DNA of 40,000 nt from Roseivirga sp. (GCA_021404565.1 JAAWWF010000001.1:317613-357612); one strand, 5' to 3'. Positions 8,344-14,233 are shown, counted from the first letter of the stretch. Notes: generated by a model from the letters alone, not told the origin. Numbers and translations: made by a program.

Positions 8344-8511
8344 TGGTAACATCCCCCCTCCCCCTCGTTCGCAACGAAGAGGCTAATCACGGAGCATCTC
8401 CATCTTTATTTCGTTAAATTAAAGCCAAAGACACAGCTTTGGCTACCGTGAGGGCGAAAGGAAAGGACAGTGCCTTGAAGTCCCTCGTAACACATCGCCA
8501 AACCGTTATGA
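8344..8511 (+). repeat. attC-like site 3; family-1 repeat copy A (about 168 bp)
   Basis: Starts with TGGTAAC, the reverse complement of GTTACCA at 7557-7563, and ends with aaaccGTTATGA. It shares long identical blocks with 9585-9766 and 13262-13440: gcaacgaagaggc, atctccatctttatt, ctttggctacc. An internal 8-bp hairpin is agccaaag-acacag-ctttggct. Confidence 0.7.
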
Positions 8512-8538
8512 GCAACAGAGTTGATTTAAAAATATTCC

Positions 8539-9081
8539 ATGAGGGATTTATTACTGTTTAGGGAGAATATAATCGATTCCCAAGAATTTGAAGAGCTTAA
8601 TAAATTGAGACTTCCGCCTGTTTACAAATCCTTTGCAACCGTATTCAAACCATATTTTGGTTTTACAACTTGTCTTGATGAATCGGATAGTATTAAGAAG
8701 GATTTCATGACACACATATTCTGTTCATTAGAAAAAGCGAAATATCAAATAGATGATGATGAACTTTCATTTGAACAGTTTATTGACTTAGAGGACTTAC
8801 TTAAATATGATAGTCAAAGGTATTATCTTGAGAAGTTTGGATTAATGCCAATTAGTAAGCATGGTCATTCCGGGAGTCTGTTTGTTGGTATGAAAAAAGA
8901 TAATCTAGATCAGATTTATTATGCCTTAGATACGCATGAGTTTAGTTTTATGGCAGATAACATATTTGAGTTACTAAGTAATTTCAGGTTAGTAACTGTC
9001 AATTATGATTTTGAAACCTTGGATGAAAATAAATTGTATCAAAACTGGAGAGAGGACTTTTGGAGGCACAAAAGCTCATAA
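8539..9081 (+). CDS. SMI1/KNR4 (SUKH superfamily) immunity-like protein (cassette 4)
   Basis: The N-terminal LRLPPVYKSFATVF and central LMPISKHGHSGSLFVGMKKDNLDQIYY fit the SUKH pattern (LP.dYk.F ... G.G..l.........vY). The stop TAA is embedded in TCATAAC. Confidence 0.6.
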   Translation: MRDLLLFRENIIDSQEFEELNKLRLPPVYKSFATVFKPYFGFTTCLDESDSIKKDFMTHIFCSLEKAKYQIDDDELSFEQFIDLEDLLKYDSQRYYLEKFGLMPISKHGHSGSLFVGMKKDNLDQIYYALDTHEFSFMADNIFELLSNFRLVTVNYDFETLDENKLYQNWREDFWRHKSS

Positions 9082-9123
9082 CGAATGCTAAAAATGAATA
9101 TGCGCACTGAGCCCTATGATAAT
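9076..9123 (+). other. attC-like site 4, apparently truncated or degenerate
   Basis: TCATAAC is the reverse complement of GTTATGA at 8505-8511. The next about 30 nt match the start of site 2: taac.aa.gcta..aatgaatatgcg.actga. No GTT junction follows, only GATAATC at 9117-9123, which overlaps the next ATG. Confidence 0.4.
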
Positions 9124-9580
9124 CTATAATCAAACTTCGACATTTAAGAAAAATGTAGGTGGCATTTTAATAGGCTTTTTGATTATACCAGCAATTTTTC
9201 TATTCATTCAAGGGTATATTTTCTATGGAATTGTTTTGATAATAATCTACCTGGCTTTTGAAACTTCACGAACCGGTGTAAATTTTAATTTTGGTGAATT
9301 TGAGTTTACAGATTTCAGAGAAGTATTGTTTATAAAAATCCGACAAAAGGAAAGTATTAGTCTTAACACTTTTAGCCGCTACAGGGTTAAACTACAGACT
9401 ACTACTACTACCATGAGGGCTAATTTTGTTCAACATTCTACGGTTTCGCAAGAACACCATACAGTAGAACTTTTTAATAAGCATCAAGGTGAGTTTTTAC
9501 CAATTGTCAAAAGCGATATTAGTCAGATTCAACCCCTTCTAATCAAATTAGAAGAGCAAAACATAATTTTAAAAGATTAA
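9116..9580 (+). CDS. hypothetical membrane protein (two N-terminal hydrophobic helices)
   Basis: 154-aa ORF with GGILIGFLIIPAIFLFIQGYIFYGIVLIIIYLAF. It is followed immediately by a family-1 repeat. Confidence 0.6.
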   Translation: MIIYNQTSTFKKNVGGILIGFLIIPAIFLFIQGYIFYGIVLIIIYLAFETSRTGVNFNFGEFEFTDFREVLFIKIRQKESISLNTFSRYRVKLQTTTTTMRANFVQHSTVSQEHHTVELFNKHQGEFLPIVKSDISQIQPLLIKLEEQNIILKD

Positions 9581-9584
9581 CGAC

Positions 9585-9766
9585 TCACAACAAACGCTAA
9601 ATCCCGCCTCTCTCCTCCTCATTTGCAACGAAGAGGCAAATCACGAAGCATCTCCATCTTTATTTTGTTAAATTTAGTCCCAAAGGCACAGCTTTGGCTA
9701 CCATGTGAGCGAAAAGAAAGGTTAGTACCTTGAAATCCCGCACTACGCATAGCCAAACCGTTCTCT
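9585..9766 (+). repeat. attC-like site 5; family-1 repeat copy B (about 180 bp)
   Basis: Begins with TCACAAC-aaacgcta; an alternative box GATTAAC at 9575-9581 overlaps the stop codon. Ends with aaaccGTTCTCT (9760-9766). It is collinear with copies A and C. Confidence 0.65.
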
Positions 9767-9854
9767 GCAAGCAAAAAATTAGAATTTCTGTCCTATTTAT
9801 TTAATCTCATTCGTCAGATAGGTGTTGATTTAAATTTTAAATAAAAGTAAACGA

Positions 9855-10208
9855 ATGAAAGATTTTATGATGCTGTTCCATAGTGAACCAAATCCAAATT
9901 ATGAACCAACTCCAGAAGAGATTCAAGACGAATTAAAAAGATGGGAGGACTGGATGGGATCTATTGGTGCTCAAGGAAAACTTAAAAATCCAGGAGAGGC
10001 ATTAGGCTTCGAAGGAAAAACAATGCACTCAGATGGATCTATCACCGATGGCCCCTATGCAGAAGTAAAAGAAATAGTTGGTGGATTTATGATTGTTAGT
10101 GCTGAGTCGGTTGAAGATGCGATCAAACTTGCTGATGGCTGCCCAGCGTTAGCCAGTGGAGGTAAAGTAGAAGTTAGAGATATTATGAATTTTGAAGATA
10201 TGGAATGA
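9855..10208 (+). CDS. YCII-related (DGPF-type) domain protein
   Basis: 117 aa with the motif DGPYAEVKEIVGGFMIVSAESVEDAIKLADGCP...VEVR, typical of YCII/DGPF proteins. Its stop overlaps the next gene's start (ATGA). Confidence 0.8.
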   Translation: MKDFMMLFHSEPNPNYEPTPEEIQDELKRWEDWMGSIGAQGKLKNPGEALGFEGKTMHSDGSITDGPYAEVKEIVGGFMIVSAESVEDAIKLADGCPALASGGKVEVRDIMNFEDME

Positions 10209-11473
10209 CATATCCCGAAAATGAAATAGCACAATTATTTAAGACAGAGTACAGTAACTTGGTTGCTGTACTTTGTCGTTTTTATGGCATTGAAAATATT
10301 CAATTGGCTCAGGATATTGTAAGCGACACTTTTCTTAAAGCTATGAAGACCTGGTGCCATAATGGGATACCCGACAAGCCCAAAGCGTGGTTAAGGCGAG
10401 TAGCTATTAACCAACTCAAAGATCATTTCAGAAGAGATAACGTTTTCCGCGAAAAAGTTCAACCAGAATATTACCATTCCATTGACAAGGACCTAAATGT
10501 TCCATTTAGTGAAGAACTCATAAATGATAGTCAGCTAAGGATGCTGTTTGTTATATGTCATTCTGAACTAAAGAAGGAAGAACATATTTGTCTATCGTTA
10601 AGACTGCTTTGTGGCTTTTCTGTAATTGAAATAGCAAAGGCACTTCTTACTTCAAAAGATGCCATTAATAAAAAAATGTACAGGGCTAAGCAAAAATTAA
10701 GGAATCACCGTGCTAGCTTTCGCGAGCTGAAAAAATCCGAATACAGCTATAGAATTGACAGCGTCTTGCGAATACTTTATCTACTTTTTAATGAAGGTTA
10801 TTACAGCAACAATATAGAAAAAGACATTCAATCGGACCTGTGCCGGGAAGCTCTTAGGCTAAGCCTTTTTTTATCACAACAATCGTTTTTACCCCGCAGT
10901 AAAATATATGCTCTAATTTCATTGATGAGCTTTCAAGCTTCGAGATTAGAAGCAAGAAAAAGTAAAGACGGACAATTTATTCTCTTCGAACAACAAGATA
11001 AAAGTTTGTGGAATAAGGACTTAATAAAGAAAGGAGAAGAATATTTATCCCTTTCCGCTAAAGGCTCTACGGTATCAAAATATCATTTGGAAGCTGCCAT
11101 TGCCTATTGGCATACTACTGATAAGAGTAAAAAATGGCAAAATATACTTCAACTCTATAATAGACTATTGACGATCGAATATTCTCCAATAATTGCTATG
11201 AATCGTACATATGCGTTAGCTAAGGCAAACTCCGTAGATGAGGCTTTAACAGAAGCTCAGAAGTTGAATTTGTCAGAGAACCATTTCTACTATTGCCTTA
11301 TTGCAGAATTATATAGAATGAAAGGTAATATGAAGAAGGAACTCGATTTGCTTAAACTTGCCTTACAATATGCGGAGAAGGAGAATGAACGAACTTTGAT
11401 ACAAACCAAGATAGAAAGCCAGCAAAAACCACCATCTTATACCGTACTGGGCGCTGGCTCTTCAAAAACGTAA
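10205..11473 (+). CDS. sigma-70 family (ECF-type) RNA polymerase sigma factor with a long C-terminal helical extension
   Basis: 422 aa. Region 2-like segment AQDIVSDTFLKAMKTW...PKAWLRRVAINQLKDHFRR, region 4-like segment LRLLCGFSVIEIAKALLTSKDAINKKMYRAKQKL, then about 230 aa of TPR-like helices. A YCII plus sigma pairing is a common operon type. Confidence 0.8.
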   Translation: MTYPENEIAQLFKTEYSNLVAVLCRFYGIENIQLAQDIVSDTFLKAMKTWCHNGIPDKPKAWLRRVAINQLKDHFRRDNVFREKVQPEYYHSIDKDLNVPFSEELINDSQLRMLFVICHSELKKEEHICLSLRLLCGFSVIEIAKALLTSKDAINKKMYRAKQKLRNHRASFRELKKSEYSYRIDSVLRILYLLFNEGYYSNNIEKDIQSDLCREALRLSLFLSQQSFLPRSKIYALISLMSFQASRLEARKSKDGQFILFEQQDKSLWNKDLIKKGEEYLSLSAKGSTVSKYHLEAAIAYWHTTDKSKKWQNILQLYNRLLTIEYSPIIAMNRTYALAKANSVDEALTEAQKLNLSENHFYYCLIAELYRMKGNMKKELDLLKLALQYAEKENERTLIQTKIESQQKPPSYTVLGAGSSKT

Positions 11474-11478
11474 ATCTC

Positions 11479-11588
11479 AGATAACGCACGAGCCAGCTTT
11501 ACACAAACTCTTAAAATAAACACCTCTAAAATCCCAAAGTCTTTTTATCTTCTTCTCAATTCACGTCTGATACCTTCGGACGTTGACA
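11479..11588 (+). other. possible attC-like site 6 (weak)
   Basis: AGATAAC at 11479-11485 is one mismatch from the AGAGAAC expected from GTTCTCT at 9760-9766. GTTGACA at 11582-11588 is preceded by ttcacgtctgataccttcggac. The fit to the junction consensus is only partial. Confidence 0.35.
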
Positions 11589-11633
11589 GTAATTCGGAAC
11601 AACAAAATTTGATTTGGACCAAATCTCAAAAAA

Positions 11634-12062
11634 ATGAAAACAACCACATTTCTAACATTTGTAGGTGTTCAATGCGGAAAGGCTGAAGAAGCCATAAATT
11701 TCTATACTTCTATCTTCCCAAACTCGGAAATTAAAAGCATTACAAAATACTCAGAAGGTGAGGCAGGAGGAACACCGGAGCTTATCAAACATGGAGTGTT
11801 TACATTAAATGGTGTGGAGTATATGGTTTCCGAAAGTAATTATAATCACGCCTGGTCATTTACACCTGGGGTATCCCTGTTTGTTTCCTGCAACTCTGAA
11901 GATGAGATACAAAATTTATTCGAAGAACTTTCTTCAAATGGAGGTCAGATAATGGTTCCTTTAGACAACTACCAAGGCGAAGGTGATTACGGATTTGGTA
12001 AAAAATTCGGATGGTGCGAAGACAAATATGGCATTTCATGGCAGCTGAATCTTTCAGAATAA
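11634..12062 (+). CDS. VOC-superfamily protein, PhnB-like (3-demethylubiquinone-9 3-methyltransferase-domain family)
   Basis: 142 aa. The pattern F.G.C.EA..FY..IF.....I........G........H..F.L.G......S........FTP..S..V ... KFGWC.DKYGISWQL is typical of this family. Confidence 0.75.
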   Translation: MKTTTFLTFVGVQCGKAEEAINFYTSIFPNSEIKSITKYSEGEAGGTPELIKHGVFTLNGVEYMVSESNYNHAWSFTPGVSLFVSCNSEDEIQNLFEELSSNGGQIMVPLDNYQGEGDYGFGKKFGWCEDKYGISWQLNLSE

Positions 12063-12093
12063 ATGAGATGGATTATTTAGTAATAACTACTTC

Positions 12094-12128
12094 GCCCAAA
12101 TTCCACATATCAACCTGTTATAGGCAAT
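12094..12128 (+). other. internal attI-like / attC-like junction (gcccaaattccacatatcaacctG|TTATAGgcaat)
   Basis: The 15 nt ccaaattccacatat (12096-12110) are identical to 6107-6121 in the attI-like site. An AAC..GTT..GCAAT junction follows. Confidence 0.55.
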
Positions 12129-12134
12129 TAAGAA

Positions 12135-12479
12135 ATGGAATATCAAGAATGTAACCTGAATATAAGATATGATTTGCCTAAAGACATTTGGGACAAAGTT
12201 CCTTTAATTTATCAAAAAATGAATGGCTGGATGGGCTTCGGAAAAGATGGAAATGAGGAAAGCGGAATTCCTTATTGGTTCAGCTATCACGAGGAAGAAA
12301 AATCTATTGTAGCCTCCGTTGAACCAAGCGGTCTTCAATTTTCAGCAAATATGGAGTTGAATGAATGGACGGAATGGAAAACCGAATTTAAAAGAGTAGC
12401 AACCAAAGTTCTCGGATTTAAGGTTGGTGAAATAGAAGAAGGTGAAGTTGATTACGAAATTCAATGGATAAAAGAATAA
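12135..12479 (+). CDS. hypothetical protein (cassette 8)
   Basis: 114-aa ORF starting 18 nt after the GTT junction. No recognisable family. Confidence 0.6.
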   Translation: MEYQECNLNIRYDLPKDIWDKVPLIYQKMNGWMGFGKDGNEESGIPYWFSYHEEEKSIVASVEPSGLQFSANMELNEWTEWKTEFKRVATKVLGFKVGEIEEGEVDYEIQWIKE

Positions 12480-12541
12480 ACCACCTACCATACCATGTAA
12501 TACTGCGTTAAACGTATTTCACACTAAACCTTATAAGCAAT
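12480..12541 (+). other. attC-like site 8, ending ...ttcacactaaacc|TTATAAGcaat
   Basis: The junction is homologous to 12111-12128 (aacc..TTATA.GCAAT), but C replaces the usual G before TT. An internal hairpin is gtaatac...gtatttc. Confidence 0.45.
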
Positions 12542-12598
12542 ACAAAGAGAGGGTCAGGTTTCACCAGGGTTAGTAATTGCCAGCATTATTCCATTCTA

Positions 12599-13201
12599 CT
12601 ATTTCTGTTTCACACATCTGACGCTAAGAGCATAGAACTTGGGGACACTACTTCGGTATATGGCACCTGTATCATTTCTAATATCACGATGCAAAGCGGA
12701 CTTTAAACTCGTTTCGGTGCTTAGCCAAAATGCAGACCTCTGCCCTCTGCGGTCATAGGATCCATTTGGCCTTCTGTAACCTGATATAGTTGCATTGAAC
12801 TTTAAATCCCCACCAATTCTAAGACGTTCACCTTGAGAAGTTCCCCTGAATTTTTCATTTAATAATTCACTTTCCGGGATTCCAATAACTTTCTCAAGTT
12901 CCAACCAATCTGAATCACTTGAAAGCCTCCATCCATCAGGACAAACTTTACAGGCATCGTACCAGGTATAAAGTCGTCCGTTTTTATCACAGTCATTCAG
13001 GTCATCATCATAACACCAGCTTGAATCTGTTTCAAAGGCAAGGTTTTCAGCCATCCAGATCTGTCCATCAATTTCTATCGTTTGATAAATTCTTCCATCA
13101 CGCTCATCAGTAAAAACTCCTTGCTCCTTTTTTGTACAACTGATTGAAAAAGACAAAACAGTGAGCGTCACTAATACAATTATCCGATCCATAAAGCTCA
13201 T
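12599..13201 (-). CDS. FISUMP (Fibrobacter succinogenes major paralogous) domain lipoprotein, inverted relative to the array
   Basis: Lipobox-like LSFSISC. Family pattern: GRIYQTIEIDGQIWMAENL, GRLYTW, CPDGWRLSSDSDW, GYR..NG, FWLST. Confidence 0.8.
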   Translation of the reverse strand: MSFMDRIIVLVTLTVLSFSISCTKKEQGVFTDERDGRIYQTIEIDGQIWMAENLAFETDSSWCYDDDLNDCDKNGRLYTWYDACKVCPDGWRLSSDSDWLELEKVIGIPESELLNEKFRGTSQGERLRIGGDLKFNATISGYRRPNGSYDRRGQRSAFWLSTETSLKSALHRDIRNDTGAIYRSSVPKFYALSVRCVKQK

Positions 13202-13261
13202 TCTATAGTTTCAAGATGAAAATATGCTTATCGTCTTATTTACGTGAACTGTTGTACTTCG

Positions 13262-13440
13262 GATACTATTCAAACTCTCTCCTCCTCGCAGGCAACGAAG
13301 AGGCAAATCACGGAGAATCTCCATCTTTATTTCGTTAAGTTTAATCTCAAAGACAAAACTTTGGCTACCGCCCGTGCGGCTGAACAGGACAGTGCCCTAC
13401 CCTTCCCGCGCTACACATAGCCAGAACGTAGGACGCAAGC
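13262..13440 (+). repeat. family-1 repeat copy C, ending agaacGTAGGACgcaagc
   Basis: Collinear with copies A and B. The left half is near-identical (ctctcctcctc..gcaacgaagaggcaaatcacggagaatctccatctttatttcgttaa). The junction triplet is GTA rather than GTT, and no clear xxxxAAC start box is present. Confidence 0.65.
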
Positions 13441-13469
13441 AGAAAAACCAAATAATGTAGCATTGATTT

Positions 13470-14171
13470 ATGAATACTTCTGAGATAATAGAGTTACTCG
13501 AAGAACATCGCAATGAGCGTGGTATTGATCATTGGAATAGATTGAACCCGGAACCTGATAGCTTGAAGAGCTTTGGTATTGGGTTGACTGTCTTGCGCAA
13601 ATTGGCAAAGAAGCTGGGACGAGATCATGAGTTGTCCAAAACGCTATGGGAGAGTGATATTTATGATGTCAAGGTACTTTCTCTGCTGATTGATGATCCT
13701 AAGTTGATGAGCGTGGAGCAAGCAGAATCTCAGGTAGACCACCTGTATAAGGGGCATCTGGCACACGTGTTTTCATCCTGTGATGCAGCCCTGGCTAAAA
13801 CCTCATTTGTGGTCCCTCTTTTAATGAGTTGGATCAACAGCAATAACACTATTCGTAAGCGATGTGGATATGGTCTGCTCTATGAGGTTTCAAAATTCAC
13901 TAAAAAGAGTGCTCCTGACAACTCATTTTTTTTGGATAGAATCGAGCAAATTCAAAATTCATTCAGGGATGAGAAGAATATCATCAAACTCGCCATGGCC
14001 GGGGCACTCCTGGGTATTGGCAAAAGAAATGTAGCATTGAATTCAGCGGCACTCGCTGTTGCTCAACAAATGGGCCCCGTTGATGTCAATTCTGGTGTAA
14101 CCAATTGTGAGCCCTTTGATATTGTCAAGCATTTGACAAGCGATTACCTTAAGAACAAGCTTAACGTCTGA
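13470..14171 (+). CDS. DNA alkylation repair protein (HEAT-like repeat, AlkD/AlkC-related family)
   Basis: 233 aa. The N-terminal pattern (EEHRNERGIDHWNRL...FGIGLTVLRKLAKKLGRDHELSKTLWESDIYDVKVLSLLIDDP) matches the DNA_alkylation family as I recall it. Confidence 0.65.
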   Translation: MNTSEIIELLEEHRNERGIDHWNRLNPEPDSLKSFGIGLTVLRKLAKKLGRDHELSKTLWESDIYDVKVLSLLIDDPKLMSVEQAESQVDHLYKGHLAHVFSSCDAALAKTSFVVPLLMSWINSNNTIRKRCGYGLLYEVSKFTKKSAPDNSFFLDRIEQIQNSFRDEKNIIKLAMAGALLGIGKRNVALNSAALAVAQQMGPVDVNSGVTNCEPFDIVKHLTSDYLKNKLNV

Positions 14172-14184
14172 CAGGTCACATATT

Positions 14185-14215
14185 CTGAGAACAATTCTTT
14201 AACAAGGCTTATAAC
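14185..14215 (+). other. terminal cluster of xxxxAAC boxes (cTGAGAAC, TTTAAC, CTTATAAC)
   Basis: CTTATAAC (14208-14215) is the reverse complement of GTTATAAG and matches TTATAAG at 12531-12537. No downstream GTT junction occurs before the convergent gene's stop at 14234. Confidence 0.45.
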
Positions 14216-14233
14216 AGAAAGAAACCTATCTGA

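Larger units (their letters stand above)
5155..14215. mobile_element. integron-like cassette array: tyrosine recombinase, attI-like site and about nine cassettes separated by attC-like sites
   Basis: Divergent recombinase. ORFs are mostly co-oriented and usually start 18-52 nt after a conserved CACAT..AAAC(C)-GTT-N4-GCAA junction. There are five exact reverse-complement matches between a cassette-start box and that cassette's 3' box. A three-copy repeat of about 170-180 bp is present. The region is visibly AT-richer than its flanks. Confidence 0.75.

Noticed and set aside
9789-11572. Shared ECF-type promoter (CGTCAGATA at 9812-9820 and CGTCTGATA at 11564-11572) upstream of the YCII/sigma pair and the VOC gene.
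   Set aside because: The 9-mers are similar, but I could not find a matching -35 element at consistent spacing. TGTCC lies 18 nt upstream in one case, and only a weak AGTCT lies 21 nt upstream in the other. The second copy also overlaps the possible attC-like site 6. This is too weak to call.
8344-13440. Family-1 repeats as a CRISPR array.
   Set aside because: The repeats are about 170-180 bp, not 24-48 bp. They are separated by whole genes of 0.5-3.5 kb rather than short spacers. No cas genes are present.
5155-14215. A canonical (IntI-type) integron, prophage, ICE or transposon.
   Set aside because: The recombinase lacks the IntI-specific segment, and the AAC-GTT spacing at junctions is non-canonical, so I do not call it a classical integron. 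There are no phage structural, conjugation or transposase genes and no flanking direct repeats or intact tRNA target, so a prophage, ICE or transposon interpretation is unsupported.
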